In this document: positions 29,069-39,122 of the stretch, one piece after another
Position numbering within the stretch: position 1 is the first letter of the stretch
Layout of the letters: every line of letters starts with the position of its first letter
Origin: Candidatus Zipacnadia bacterium
GTDB taxonomy: Bacteria; Armatimonadota; Zipacnadia; Zipacnadales; UBA5352
NCBI GenBank assembly: GCA_029820295.1
Contig: JALGVA010000009.1
Span: 1-58,191 of the forward strand
Length of the DNA: 58,191 nt
Direction: 5' to 3'
Translations under genes and position numbers: made by a program
Notes under the pieces: generated by a model
Told to the model about the DNA's origin: nothing
Seen by the model: the letters and a program-made list of their open reading frames with translations, nothing else
The model's database searches: none

Positions 29069-30142
29069 ATGACGATCGATCAGATGGCGGAGATGCTCGG
29101 CGACGACCGCGGCCTGCTCGACTACGAGTGCACGGGCGTGAGCCGCGACCGGCTGTACCTGCCGGGGCCGGACTTCGTCGAGCGCGTGCTCATTGACACC
29201 GACCGCTCGACGCGCGTGCTCACCAGCATGCGCCGCGTGTTCAACCACGGGCGGCTGGCCGGGACGGGCTATCTGTCCATCCTGCCGGTGGACCAGGGCA
29301 TCGAGCACAGCGCGGCCTCGGCGTTCGCGCCCAACGTGGACTACTTCGACCCCGTGCGCATCGTGGAGCTGGCCATCGAGGGTGGCTGCAACGCGGTGGC
29401 GTCCACGCTGGGCGTGCTGGGGGCGGTGAGCCGGCGCTACGCCCACCGCATCCCGTTCATCGTCAAGCTCAACCACAGCGAGCTGCTGCAGTTCCCCAAC
29501 ACCGCCGATCAGGTGTTCTACGGCTCGGTCGAGCAGGCGTGGGAGCTGGGCGCGGCCGCCATCGGCGCCACCATCTACTACGGTTCGCCCGAGAGCGACC
29601 GCCAGATGCAGGAGGTCACGGCCGCCTTCGAGCTGGCCCATGACCTGGGCATGTTCACCGTGCTGTGGACCTACCTGCGCAACAGCGAGTTCAGGCGCGA
29701 GCAAGACTACCACCTGTCCGCCGACCTCACCGGCCAGGCCAACTACCTGGGCGTGACCATCGAGGCGGACATCGTCAAGCAGAAGCAGCCCGAGAACAAC
29801 GGCGGCTACCCGGCGATGGCGGCCGCCGCGGGTGGCAAGTACGGGCGCACCGACGATCGGCTCTACAACGGTGAGCTGATCCCCGACAACCCCATCGAGT
29901 GGACCCGCTGGCAGGTGGTCAACTGCTACATGGGCCGCGTGGGGCTGATCAACTCGGGCGGAGCGTCCGCCGGCGAGAGCGATCTGGCGCAGGCGGTGCG
30001 CACCGCGGTGATCAACAAGCGCGCGGGCGGCACCGGCCTCATCTCGGGTCGCAAGGCCTTCCAGCGGCCCATGAGCGAGGGCGTCAAGCTGCTCAACGCC
30101 ATCCAGGACGTGTTCCTGTGCGAGGATGTGACCGTGGCCTGA
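29069..30142 (+). CDS. class I fructose-bisphosphate aldolase, DhnA/FbaB type
   Basis: 358 aa; the ...FIVKLNHSE... Schiff-base lysine region and overall length match FbaB-type aldolases. Confidence 0.65.
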   Translation: MTIDQMAEMLGDDRGLLDYECTGVSRDRLYLPGPDFVERVLIDTDRSTRVLTSMRRVFNHGRLAGTGYLSILPVDQGIEHSAASAFAPNVDYFDPVRIVELAIEGGCNAVASTLGVLGAVSRRYAHRIPFIVKLNHSELLQFPNTADQVFYGSVEQAWELGAAAIGATIYYGSPESDRQMQEVTAAFELAHDLGMFTVLWTYLRNSEFRREQDYHLSADLTGQANYLGVTIEADIVKQKQPENNGGYPAMAAAAGGKYGRTDDRLYNGELIPDNPIEWTRWQVVNCYMGRVGLINSGGASAGESDLAQAVRTAVINKRAGGTGLISGRKAFQRPMSEGVKLLNAIQDVFLCEDVTVA

Positions 30143-30309
30143 GGCCGCCGTGCGCCCGGGCGCGGGTCGATAGAGCGATAGAGCGATCGTGACAGCGGGC
30201 CGGGCCGCGCGGCCATCAGGCCGTCGGCAACCCGCACCTGTACGCGTGCCTCATGGCTTCCTGACCGAAGGCCCGGAGCACGAGACAACCCCTGGAGGGT
30301 GGATCAACG

Positions 30310-31542
30310 ATGGGAGCACTACTGACCGGACGTGAGCTGCGCACGATCTTCGACGCCCTGTGTCCGTTCGACGATGGCCTGGCGCTCAAGTCCGAGGGCG
30401 AGCGCATCACGCTGCTGGCCGCCAACTCCAACAACTGGTGGCAGACGCGCGCCTTCGTGATGCTGTCGGCGCTGGGTGACCAGTCGCCGATCATCGTCCA
30501 GTTCTCGCACAACTCCAACACCAAGATCGGCGGGCTGCCCGGCAAGATCTTCGCCCCCGAGGGCCTGGGCTACCGCGGCAACCCCGCGCTCTACGGCGCG
30601 CAGGCCAACATCGACTGGATCGCCGGCGAGGCGCGCGTCTTCGGCGCCGACCTGGTCGCGGTCTCGCTCGACCACTTCGCCGTGCCCAAGTTCGATCCCG
30701 ACAGGGAGTACCGGCAGCGCGCCTGCCCCACCGGCACGCGCGACAAGGTCGATGCCGCCTGGAGCTACCTGCAGGACGCCGGGCTGACCGACCAGGTGGA
30801 GGAACTCACCCCCGAGCTGGCGGGCAAGTACGAGGCCTACCTGTCCAGCGATGACTACAAGGCCTTCGTCTCCGACTTCATGGGCACCGTGGACATCATG
30901 CGGCCTGCCTGGGGCATGATCGACACCGAGGGTATCCCGCCGGTGCTCGACTTCGCCATCACGCGCGACATCGCCGAGGCGGTACGCGATGGCCTGGGCA
31001 ACATGGACATGATGCTCGAGGCCGAGCTGGGCGAGACCGGCCAGAGCGGCGATGAGGTCGAGTACGAGCAGCTCAGCGACGCCGAGCTGGATGCCTTCGC
31101 CGAGTTGGCCGCCGCCTTCATCAGCTACACCGGCGCCGAGGGCCTGGCCTACGACATCGGCATGAAGCACGCCGCGGTCGCGGGTGAGAAGCACGAGATC
31201 GACATGCGCAAGCTCGAGACCGTGCAGCGCCGCATCATCGAGCGCACCGGCATCTACGCGCCGTTCGCGCAGCACGGCGGCACCGGCTCGGCGGGCGTGG
31301 CGCGCGGCCTGGTCGGCAAGACCAACATCAACACCGCCTTCCTGGTGGCCGGCTCGCAGGGCCGCTACGAGTTCTTCGACGCGGCCGCCGACAAGGTGCG
31401 TGGCGGCGACAAGAAGGTCTGCGGCACCGACGTCGAGACCAACGTCTACCTCGAGGCCGTCTACAATGAGGCCGTGGCGCGCATGGAGCCCACCGGAAGC
31501 ATGGGCATCGGCCCCATGTGCTTCGACGCGCTCGGCTGGTAG
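30310..31542 (+). CDS. divergent class II aldolase-family protein (F_bP_aldolase-like)
   Basis: 410 aa. IIVQFSHNS, LVAVSLDHFAVP (cf. VALHTDHC) and FAQHGGTGSAG (cf. HGGSG) align with class II FBA metal-ligand blocks, but with substitutions and about 60 extra residues. GGAGGG RBS. Confidence 0.45.
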   Translation: MGALLTGRELRTIFDALCPFDDGLALKSEGERITLLAANSNNWWQTRAFVMLSALGDQSPIIVQFSHNSNTKIGGLPGKIFAPEGLGYRGNPALYGAQANIDWIAGEARVFGADLVAVSLDHFAVPKFDPDREYRQRACPTGTRDKVDAAWSYLQDAGLTDQVEELTPELAGKYEAYLSSDDYKAFVSDFMGTVDIMRPAWGMIDTEGIPPVLDFAITRDIAEAVRDGLGNMDMMLEAELGETGQSGDEVEYEQLSDAELDAFAELAAAFISYTGAEGLAYDIGMKHAAVAGEKHEIDMRKLETVQRRIIERTGIYAPFAQHGGTGSAGVARGLVGKTNINTAFLVAGSQGRYEFFDAAADKVRGGDKKVCGTDVETNVYLEAVYNEAVARMEPTGSMGIGPMCFDALGW

Positions 31543-31629
31543 ACGCGGCGGGCCGTACGCGATCCGGAGCAGCCGGGCCTCGGCCATGGGGCCCGGCTGC
31601 CTGTGCACCTGACGACAGGAGGACACGCG

Positions 31630-33363
31630 ATGCGCATGCACGAGTGTGATGTGCTGGTGGTGGGCGCGGGCGGAGCCGGCCTGCGGGCGGCGCTGGAGGC
31701 GGCGCGCGCGGGCGCGAAGGTCATCGTCTCGAACAAGGGCATACCGGGCGCGTCGGGCACCACCTATACCGCCGCCTCCGACTGGATGGCCTTCGGCGCG
31801 GCCTTCGGGCACGCCGATCCGCGCGACGCCCCGCGCGAGCACTGGATTGACATCATGGTCAAGGGCGGGCTGCTGTGCACGCCCGAGTTGGCGCGCGCCA
31901 TCGCCTTCGAGGCCCCCGAGCGCTTCCAGGAGCTGGATGACTGGGGTGGCAACTTCGACCGCGATGAGAACGGCGGCTTCCGGCAGATCCTCAGCGACGG
32001 TGCCCGTTACCCCCGCGCCTGCGGCCGCGGCGCCGACACCGGCCCGATCATCGTCCGGGTACTCATGGACCAGTGCCGCGAACTCAACCAGACCGGCCCG
32101 GGCTCGGTCGAGTTCCTGCCCCGGACCATGATCGTCGACCTCGCGGTCGATGGCGGCCAGGTGCACGGCGCGTGGGGCGTCGGGATGGCCAACGACGAGC
32201 CCTTCGGCGTGGTCGCCCCCGCGGTCGTGCTGGCCGCGGGCGGTGCGGGCGAGCTGTTCGCCATCAACGTCTTCCCCGGAGGCGCCACCGGCGACGGCTA
32301 CGCCATGGCCCTGCGCGCGGGCGTACCGCTGGTGAACTTCGAGTTCATCCAGATCGGGCCCAGCATCGTGCACCCCATCAACTTCGCGCTCTCGGGCGTC
32401 TTCTGGCGCCTGCACCCGAAGATCACCAATGTGCTGGGCGAGGAGTTCATCCCGCGTTACGTCCCCGAGGGCGCGGACATCGAGCAGGCCATCTACCTCA
32501 AGGGCGTCTCCTATCCGTTTACGGTGCGCAACGCCAGCAAGTGGGTGGACGTGGGCGTGTTCACCGAGATCAGCGAGGGGCGCGGCACCGAGCACCGCGG
32601 CGTCTTCATGACGCTGGCACACCACTCGCATGAGGTCATCGAGACCGACGCCCGCGTGCCCTTCGAGCACCTGCTCAAGCACGGGCTCGACCTGCGCAAG
32701 GAGGCCGTCGAGTTCGCGCCGGCCATCCAGCACTTCAACGGCGGCGTGCGTATGGACGAGCACGGGCGCACGATCATCCCCGGCCTGTGCGCGTGCGGCG
32801 AGAACGGCGGCGGGCAGCATGGCGCGGATCGGCCGGGCGGCAACGCGCTGGCCGACTCGCAGGTGTTCGGGCGGCGCGCCGGGGCTTCGGCCGCGGCGGT
32901 CGGCCATGTCGCCGACGCGGACGTCGTGCGCGACGCGGCGCAGCGCGGCCTCGACCAGCTCGGCGGCGAGGGCGACGGCGCCGACGCCGACGAGGTGCTC
33001 GCCGACCTGTCGTGGCAGATGTGGAAGGGTGCCTCCGTGGTGCGCACCGCCGAAAGCCTGGGTGCGGCGCACACCGCCGCACGCGAGGCCCGGGAGCGCA
33101 TCGCCAGCGCGCGCGGATCGCTGCGCCGCCGCGCCGAGGTACGCAATCTGGCGCTGCTGGGCCAGTGCGTGGCCGTCCCGGCGCGCATGCGCACCGAGTC
33201 GCGCGGCACCCACTACCGCGCGGACGTGGACGCCGTGAATGACCCGCAGTGGCAGCGGCAGATCGAGGTGCGCCTGACCGACGGCGACGTGGAGGCGCAG
33301 GCCCTCGAGCCGATCGCCCTTCCCGCCGACCTCGGCGACCTCGGGGAGATGCTGGAGGGCTAG
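31630..33363 (+). CDS. FAD-dependent oxidoreductase of the fumarate reductase / succinate dehydrogenase / L-aspartate oxidase flavoprotein family
   Basis: Dinucleotide fold DVLVVGAGGAGLRAALEAARAGAKVIV and a C-terminal ...ESRGTHYRAD block. No Fe-S partner subunit is adjacent. Confidence 0.65.
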   Translation: MRMHECDVLVVGAGGAGLRAALEAARAGAKVIVSNKGIPGASGTTYTAASDWMAFGAAFGHADPRDAPREHWIDIMVKGGLLCTPELARAIAFEAPERFQELDDWGGNFDRDENGGFRQILSDGARYPRACGRGADTGPIIVRVLMDQCRELNQTGPGSVEFLPRTMIVDLAVDGGQVHGAWGVGMANDEPFGVVAPAVVLAAGGAGELFAINVFPGGATGDGYAMALRAGVPLVNFEFIQIGPSIVHPINFALSGVFWRLHPKITNVLGEEFIPRYVPEGADIEQAIYLKGVSYPFTVRNASKWVDVGVFTEISEGRGTEHRGVFMTLAHHSHEVIETDARVPFEHLLKHGLDLRKEAVEFAPAIQHFNGGVRMDEHGRTIIPGLCACGENGGGQHGADRPGGNALADSQVFGRRAGASAAAVGHVADADVVRDAAQRGLDQLGGEGDGADADEVLADLSWQMWKGASVVRTAESLGAAHTAAREARERIASARGSLRRRAEVRNLALLGQCVAVPARMRTESRGTHYRADVDAVNDPQWQRQIEVRLTDGDVEAQALEPIALPADLGDLGEMLEG

Positions 33364-33503
33364 CGTCTGCCGTTGCCGTGCCGCCCTGGCGGGCGGGGAC
33401 CGGCGCCTCGCCTGACGTTGCCATAGGCGCGCGTCGTTCGCAGCGACGTGTGTTCACACGCGTCGGCCGTTGCCGTGCGCACACACCGAAAGGGGCGCTC
33501 ACG

Positions 33504-34124
33504 ATGGCGTGCGTCAACCATCCGGATCGCGAGGCCGCGGCGCTATGCGTGACCTGCGGCGATGAGTTGTGCGAGGAGTGCCGCCAGGTCGGCCCGGACG
33601 GCAAGTCATACTGCGCGGAGCACCTCCCGCAGGCCGTGGGCGACAGCGAAATGCCGCCGCGGGCCGCACCCGCCGCGGGGCCGGCGCCGGCGGAGAGCGC
33701 GCCGGGTGTGGAGCTGCCGCCGCGCGGCGAGCAGGAGGCGGCGACCGGCATTCCGGGCGAGAGCACCGGCCTGGCCGCGGCGGGCTACTTCGCCGGGATG
33801 CTCCCGCCCATCAGCTTCATCCTGCCCATCATCCCGCTCATCAGCGCCGACATGAAGCGCTCGGCGTTCATGCGCTACCACGCCTTCAACGGCCTGTTCT
33901 GGGGCCTCGCGGTCGTGGTCGGGCTGCTGGTGCTGCAGTTCGTGCTGGCCATCTCGGGCCTGCTGGGCATTCCCGGCATCCTGATCTGGCCGCTGCGCCT
34001 GCTGCGAGCGGTGTGGTGGGTGGTCGCGCTGGTCATGTCCATCGTCTTCGCGGTGAAGGCCAGCACGAAACAGCCGGTGCGCATCCCGCTGATATCGGAC
34101 CTGGCGGACAGCCAGGCCAGGTAG
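33504..34124 (+). CDS. zinc-ribbon plus DUF4870-like membrane protein
   Basis: N-terminal C-x-N-H...C-x2-C...C-x2-C...C-x2-H zinc ribbon (MACVNHPDREAAALCVTCGDELCEECRQ...CAEH), then two or three TM helices. Confidence 0.5.
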   Translation: MACVNHPDREAAALCVTCGDELCEECRQVGPDGKSYCAEHLPQAVGDSEMPPRAAPAAGPAPAESAPGVELPPRGEQEAATGIPGESTGLAAAGYFAGMLPPISFILPIIPLISADMKRSAFMRYHAFNGLFWGLAVVVGLLVLQFVLAISGLLGIPGILIWPLRLLRAVWWVVALVMSIVFAVKASTKQPVRIPLISDLADSQAR

Positions 34125-34195
34125 CGCCAGCGATGGCGCCGACGTCGCGCCCGGCCGGCCCGCGGGGTCGGCCGGTGCAATTGCAGGGAGCGGCC

Positions 34196-34714
34196 ATGAG
34201 CGACCCGCATGGGGCGGAGACGCCGACAACCGATGATGATGGGGAGGCCAGCGAGGTGGCGGGCGGCGACGACCGCCACGCGCTGGTGCGCGTGCATCCG
34301 CCCCGCCGGTGGGATGACCCCGGCGTGCGCATGGTCCTCGGCGCGTGCTACTTCGCGTGGCTGGGCTATCTGACCGCGCTGCTGCCGCTGCTGCTGCTGA
34401 ACCTCCACGCCGTGCGCCGGCGGGAGGAGCTGGCCTACAACGCCTACGCGTCGGTGGGTTGGAGCCTGGTCGTGGCGGCGGTCAACGCCGTGCTGCTGGG
34501 GGCGTCGGTGTGGGCCGGCACCTGCGAGGGTCCGACCGCCGAGGCGGTGTGCAATGCGGCGAGCCTGATCAAGCTCGTGCTGGTGCTGGCCTTCGCCCTG
34601 CTGATGTCGCTGATCTACGGCACCGAGGTGCTGATCGGGCGGCGGCCGGGCATCCCCTGGATATCCGCATGGGCGCACGCGAAGGCGCAGAGCCTGACCG
34701 GCGGCGCGGAGTAA
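34196..34714 (+). CDS. membrane protein, DUF4870-like (hypothetical)
   Basis: 172 aa, three or four TM helices. GGGAG RBS 5 nt before the ATG. It lies in a different frame from the previous CDS. Confidence 0.4.
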   Translation: MSDPHGAETPTTDDDGEASEVAGGDDRHALVRVHPPRRWDDPGVRMVLGACYFAWLGYLTALLPLLLLNLHAVRRREELAYNAYASVGWSLVVAAVNAVLLGASVWAGTCEGPTAEAVCNAASLIKLVLVLAFALLMSLIYGTEVLIGRRPGIPWISAWAHAKAQSLTGGAE

Positions 34715-34750
34715 GGGGATGGCAGACAGGCCAGGCGCCGTTGCCCCCCG

Positions 34751-36343
34751 CTACCCGTTGAAGGGCACACGCCCGTAGACCTCCAGGAAGTCGGCGACCT
34801 GGGTCGCCGCCGTCGCGCCGATGATCGCCAGGTAGTCGGGCGTGAGGAAGTCCGCGGGCACCTGCGACTCCCACACCAGGTCGAAGTCCCCGTCAAGGCT
34901 CAGGCGCCCGAACGGGTCCGCCCAGTTGCGCTTGAGCAGCGCGATGGCGATCTGCCCCTGCTCGGCCTCGTCCGCCCCCGGCATGCCGCCGGTGTAGGCG
35001 TAGGTGTAGACCACGCCCTTGTAGATCTGCGTGTAGACATCGACCCCGTTGTCGTAGGGCAGCTTGAAGTAGCTCTCGCCCTCCTCGTAGTGCAGGTCGG
35101 CGGCCTCGATCTGCTGCTTGAGCCGCGCCAGCAGCGTCGCCTCATCGCCGCCGGGGTACAGCTCGCTGGGCTCCCCGGGCATCTGGCCGGCGAGCACCTG
35201 ATCCCAGCGCGCGACCTGGTTGGCCCCCACCAGGGCGATGGTCGCCAGGTAGTCGCCGGTGGCGCTGGACATGGGCACCTGGCACTCCCAATAGAGCCAC
35301 CGCCCCTCCTCGCCGCGGTCCCACAGGCTGATGCGTCCGACCGGGTCGGTGTAGTTGAAGCGCAGCGCCTCGAGCGCGAGTCGGCCCTGCTCCGCCGCGT
35401 CGCCCCGCGGCAGCTCGCCCAGCTCGCCGTAAAGGCGCAGGAAGTCCTCGTACTGGTGCGCGTGGATGGTGACGCCGTTGTCATAGGGGATGCCGAAGCT
35501 GCCGTCGCCCTCATCGTTGTAGATCAGGTTCGTGGCCGCCAGCAGCTCGCGGATGGCCCCGCCCGGGATGGGGATGTCCGGGTCCTCAGACGGTGGCGTT
35601 GCCAGCCAGGCGCTCACCACGTTCGACGGGATGGCGAATTTGGTGAGCATCCCCGAGCTGACCAGCGTGAGCGTGTGCACGCCGATGACCTGGCCCTGGT
35701 CGGTAACCACCGGTCCGCCGGAGTTGCCTTCCTCGGCGGAGGCGTCGTGCTCGATGTAGGGCCGGCCCTCCCAGGTGCGATGGGCGGTGACGGTGCCGGT
35801 GCGGATGGAGATCTCGCGCAATCCCAGGGGATGGCCGCAGGCGTAGACGCGCGAGGTCTCGACCACCGCGTCCGAGTCGCCCAGCTCGAGGAAGGCGGGC
35901 GTGGCCAGGTTGATCTTGAGCAGCGCCAGGTCAAGGTCGTGGTTCTCGCGCAGCACCTGCGCGGGACAGGCCGCCTCGTCGGGGGTTCCCGGGTGGAAGA
36001 TCACCTGCACTACGCGGCTCTCGGCGACTGTGGTGCCCCCCAGCTCGTCCTCGATCATCGTGGACACCACGTGCGCGTTGGTGATGATCTGGCCGTCGGG
36101 CGAGATGACGAAGCCGCTGCCGGTGGCGCCCGTCTCCATGCCCGGCGCGGTGAGGGTAACGTCGATCAGCACGACCGCGTCCTTGATCCTCGTCACCAGG
36201 TCGGGCGCCAGCGCCTGCGCCTCCGCCGGGGCCAGCGTCTGCGGGAAGAGCTGGACCAGCGCGCACATGACCATGGCCGCGACCAGTGGCTGAAGCAGGT
36301 GGCGCTTGGCCGCCGGGTGCGTCGAGCGTGCGATTGCGGTCAC
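34751..36343 (-). CDS. secreted trypsin-like serine protease (S1/HtrA-like) with two C-terminal YbjN-like domains
   Basis: GTG start with a strong AGGAGGAGG RBS, a signal peptide (...AAMVMCALVQLFPQTLAPAEA), and the catalytic Ser motif GNSGGPV. Two repeats of about 120 aa (IYNDEGDGSFGIPYDNGV... / YEEGESYFKLPYDNGV...) are YbjN-like. Confidence 0.6.
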   Translation of the reverse strand: MTAIARSTHPAAKRHLLQPLVAAMVMCALVQLFPQTLAPAEAQALAPDLVTRIKDAVVLIDVTLTAPGMETGATGSGFVISPDGQIITNAHVVSTMIEDELGGTTVAESRVVQVIFHPGTPDEAACPAQVLRENHDLDLALLKINLATPAFLELGDSDAVVETSRVYACGHPLGLREISIRTGTVTAHRTWEGRPYIEHDASAEEGNSGGPVVTDQGQVIGVHTLTLVSSGMLTKFAIPSNVVSAWLATPPSEDPDIPIPGGAIRELLAATNLIYNDEGDGSFGIPYDNGVTIHAHQYEDFLRLYGELGELPRGDAAEQGRLALEALRFNYTDPVGRISLWDRGEEGRWLYWECQVPMSSATGDYLATIALVGANQVARWDQVLAGQMPGEPSELYPGGDEATLLARLKQQIEAADLHYEEGESYFKLPYDNGVDVYTQIYKGVVYTYAYTGGMPGADEAEQGQIAIALLKRNWADPFGRLSLDGDFDLVWESQVPADFLTPDYLAIIGATAATQVADFLEVYGRVPFNG

Positions 36344-36603
36344 GGTGGACCTCCTCCTTGCGGTCGGCAGTGGACGATCCCCCGCGCAGCCGTGGCTGCC
36401 GCAGAGCAATTCGACGCGCTCGCCGGGCAGGCCTCCTGCCGCGTGCGCCCGATGATTCTGGTATGTCGGCCATTCGCCCGGACCAATGGAGGGATTACCG
36501 GTTCACCGGCGAAGAACGACCCTCGGGTGGGACGCGGCAGCCGTAACCAGCGCCGCATCCCCTGCGGCGTTTCGTCACTCATATGAATCGAGGAGCGTTG
36601 AGG

Positions 36604-38025
36604 ATGACCAACGAGCAGACAGCCATTCTGCAGGACCTGATGTTCCATACGGTTCCCGGCGACCTGAGCGACAGGCTGGACGACTTCCGGGCCGAGGTGA
36701 AGAAGGACTACGCCGCCGCCAGCGAGGCGGGCAAGGCCGAGATCGCGGAGACGATCGCCGAGAGCGCCATCGACCTGAAGTCGCTGCTGCCGGCATGGAA
36801 CCTTCAGAACGCCGAGCGCCACGGGGCCTCCGTGGTGACCGACGCGCAGCTCGATGAGCAGTTCCAGGCCAACCTGGCGCTGCTGGACGAGCTGGGCGCC
36901 GGGGCCGAGATGCAGCGCGCACAGGATGAGGCCGCCGCGCTGGCCACCAGCAACCTGGTGAAGCTCACGCGCATGACCCTCGCGGGCGAGCTGAACACCT
37001 ACTGGGGCAACGACTACGCCTCCGGCCTGCGCAAGGCCATGCAGCGCGGCGCCATCCTGGTCACCACCAACCCGGTGCTGGTGGACATCGCGCGCAAGGA
37101 GGACCCCGAGTACTGGACACCGGTGCGCGACGCCCTGCGGGCCAAGCTGGGCGCGCAGGCCACCCCGGTGACGCTGGCCTATGCCATGACCATCCAGGTC
37201 GTCGTGCACAACGCCAGGCTGCTGCGTCCCATCTGGGAGATCACCGAGGGCCGGCTGGGCTACGTGAGTCTGCAGCTCAACCCCAAGGAGGCCAGCAACG
37301 CCGACACGATGGTCGAAGAGGCGAGCTGGGTCTATGCGCAGCTCGAGGACGAGCTGGGTGGGGTGCCCAACACGGTCTTCAAGATTCCCGCGACCGAGGC
37401 GGGCATCCCCGCCGGCGAGCGCATGACCGCCAGGGGCATGGGCGTCAACGTCACCGTCAACTACTCCCTGCCCCAGCAGATCGCCTTCGCGGGCGCCATC
37501 GAGGCCAACAGCACCGCTCCGGTGAGCTTCCGCACCCAGATGGACGGGCGCCTCGACGATCCCGTGGGCGAGGAGCTGGAGGAGGCCGGGGTCTCCGACT
37601 GGGAAGAGGTCAAGAAGTGGGCGACCACCGCCATCCGCCAACGCGACGTCGGCATCCTGTGCGAGCCGCCGGCGCGGGGCGGGCTGGGCTTCAAGAAGAG
37701 CTTCCCGCTGGGCGCCTCGGGGCGCGGGCCGTGGAACATCGAGCGGGGCACCAACAACGGCGACCTGCCGCTGTTCATCACCATCTTCCCGGACAAGGTC
37801 GACGACTATGAGTCCGAGCCGCGAGAGATCGACCCCGACGGCATCTGGACCGAGCTGCCCGACGGCTACCTCGACAAGCTGATGAAGTCGAAGATCTTCC
37901 GCCAGGCCTACGAGCCTGATGGGATGAAGCCGTCGGAGTTCATCGACTTCGTCCCGTCTGCGCGCACGCTCAAGCAGTTCGGCGAGGCCTACGACGAGTT
38001 CCTCGAGTGGGTCTGCGGCAGCTAG
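36604..38025 (+). CDS. transaldolase-family protein, unusually long (473 aa)
   Basis: GAILVTTNPVLV is the transaldolase hallmark (TTNP). RBS AGGAG 8 nt before ATG 36604. The N-terminal region of about 130 aa has no obvious assignment. Confidence 0.55.
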   Translation: MTNEQTAILQDLMFHTVPGDLSDRLDDFRAEVKKDYAAASEAGKAEIAETIAESAIDLKSLLPAWNLQNAERHGASVVTDAQLDEQFQANLALLDELGAGAEMQRAQDEAAALATSNLVKLTRMTLAGELNTYWGNDYASGLRKAMQRGAILVTTNPVLVDIARKEDPEYWTPVRDALRAKLGAQATPVTLAYAMTIQVVVHNARLLRPIWEITEGRLGYVSLQLNPKEASNADTMVEEASWVYAQLEDELGGVPNTVFKIPATEAGIPAGERMTARGMGVNVTVNYSLPQQIAFAGAIEANSTAPVSFRTQMDGRLDDPVGEELEEAGVSDWEEVKKWATTAIRQRDVGILCEPPARGGLGFKKSFPLGASGRGPWNIERGTNNGDLPLFITIFPDKVDDYESEPREIDPDGIWTELPDGYLDKLMKSKIFRQAYEPDGMKPSEFIDFVPSARTLKQFGEAYDEFLEWVCGS

Positions 38026-38049
38026 CCTGACCGGACGAACGAAGCTCTC

Positions 38050-38077
38050 GTGCGGCCCCGCTCCGGCGGGGCCGCAC
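38050..38077 (+). terminator. GC hairpin (12-bp perfect stem) downstream of the transaldolase-like gene
   Basis: GTGCGGCCCCGC tccg GCGGGGCCGCAC. Confidence 0.5.
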
Positions 38078-38089
38078 GCGTCCGGGGGA

Positions 38090-38168
38090 CGAACCCGCCC
38101 GTCGGCCGCGGCGTCATGGAAACGGTGGGGCGGCAGGTGGCCACCGTTGGAGCCGGATGGCCTTGACG
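38090..38168. repeat. left copy of an imperfect direct repeat of about 80 bp; the right copy at 39047-39122 carries the uvrA promoter
   Basis: Shared collinear blocks with similar spacing: CGAACCCG, CGGCC, GGCGTCATGGA, CCTTGACG. The two copies bracket the low-GC NYN gene. Confidence 0.5.
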
Positions 38169-38193
38169 CTAGCCTGTGGATCCCGGGTAGTCC

Positions 38194-38223
38194 TTGACTC
38201 AGGCGCTCAACGAAGTCTATAAT
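38194..38223 (+). promoter_or_regulatory. near-consensus sigma70 promoter for the NYN gene
   Basis: TTGACT - 18 nt - TATAAT, conspicuous in a roughly 70% GC background. It lies about 95 nt upstream of the ATG. Confidence 0.5.
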
Positions 38224-38246
38224 AGACCCCGACACACATGAACCCG

Positions 38247-38293
38247 CCCACGTCTTCACGTGGGCTGGAGGCCACTTCTCTCGAAGTGGCCTC
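38247..38293 (+). promoter_or_regulatory. two stable stem-loops in the 5' UTR of the NYN gene
   Basis: CCCACGT cttc ACGTGGG at 38247-38264 and GAGGCCACTTC tctc GAAGTGGCCTC at 38268-38293. These account for the spurious N-terminal extension of ORF 38238. Confidence 0.35.
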
Positions 38294-38318
38294 TGCCGTT
38301 TGTGGGGGGCGCTGCCCA

Positions 38319-38999
38319 ATGCGCTGCTGGGTCTATGTCGACGGGTTCAACCTGTACCATGGGGCCGCGAAGCCGGCGGGCTGCAAGTGGTTGGACCTCC
38401 TTCAACTGAGTCAGCGGATACGAAGGAACGATACCATAGACCGCATCAAGTACTTCACAGCCCTTGTGGAGAACAGGCCTGACGACCCCGATCAGCAGAG
38501 AAGGCAGCGGCTCTACTGGCGTGCACTTGACACGATCCCCTGCCTGCAGCGCATTGAGGGCCAGTTCACGAGCCACCCACGGACGATGCCACTGCACGAG
38601 TCCGTTGAGACCTTGCGGGAGCTGGATAGGCGGGGCTGCAGCGTCACTGGCGTCAGGCCGGTCATGATGAAGGTCCTGCGGTGCGAGGAGAAGGGCACTG
38701 ACGTCAATCTCGCAGTCCACCTCGTGAATGATGCACACCAGTCAGACCCTGGTAGGACATTCGACTTGGCAGTGGTTCTGTCTGCGGACTCGGATCTCTA
38801 CGAGGCCATTCGCATCGTCACACAGGAGATAGGCAAGCCGGTCTTCGTATACACCCCGAACAGGAAAGTGCAGACGGCCAAGCTCAGGAGGGCCGCGACC
38901 AACGTCTTCAGCCTCACGAAGTCGAAACTCCGCGCATCTGCCTTCCCCAGCACCCTCACTGACGCCCGAGGCAGCTTCTCGAAGCCATCGGGCTGGTAG
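38319..38999 (+). CDS. NYN-domain (LabA-like) putative ribonuclease
   Basis: VYVDGFNLYHGA...EKGTDVNLAVHLVNDA...VVLSADSDL matches the conserved acidic NYN motifs. Local GC is about 50-55%, against about 70% in the flanks. Confidence 0.7.
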   Translation: MRCWVYVDGFNLYHGAAKPAGCKWLDLLQLSQRIRRNDTIDRIKYFTALVENRPDDPDQQRRQRLYWRALDTIPCLQRIEGQFTSHPRTMPLHESVETLRELDRRGCSVTGVRPVMMKVLRCEEKGTDVNLAVHLVNDAHQSDPGRTFDLAVVLSADSDLYEAIRIVTQEIGKPVFVYTPNRKVQTAKLRRAATNVFSLTKSKLRASAFPSTLTDARGSFSKPSGW

Positions 39000-39046
39000 C
39001 CACTTGCTCGAAGATCGCTCGCACGCAATCGCACGCGTCTGCGGCG

Positions 39047-39122
39047 CGAACCCGAGCGGCCACCGGGGCGTCATGGAGCGAGGCGCGCGCCGTTGCCCGC
39101 GCCATCCATGAACGCCTTGACG
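39047..39122. repeat. right copy of the imperfect direct repeat; it overlaps the uvrA -35 element
   Basis: See the left copy at 38090-38168. Confidence 0.5.

Noticed and set aside
38238-38318. N-terminal 27 codons of ORF 38238..38999
   Set aside because: This stretch consists of two perfect stem-loops and lies immediately downstream of a consensus promoter. The NYN domain begins at ATG 38319.
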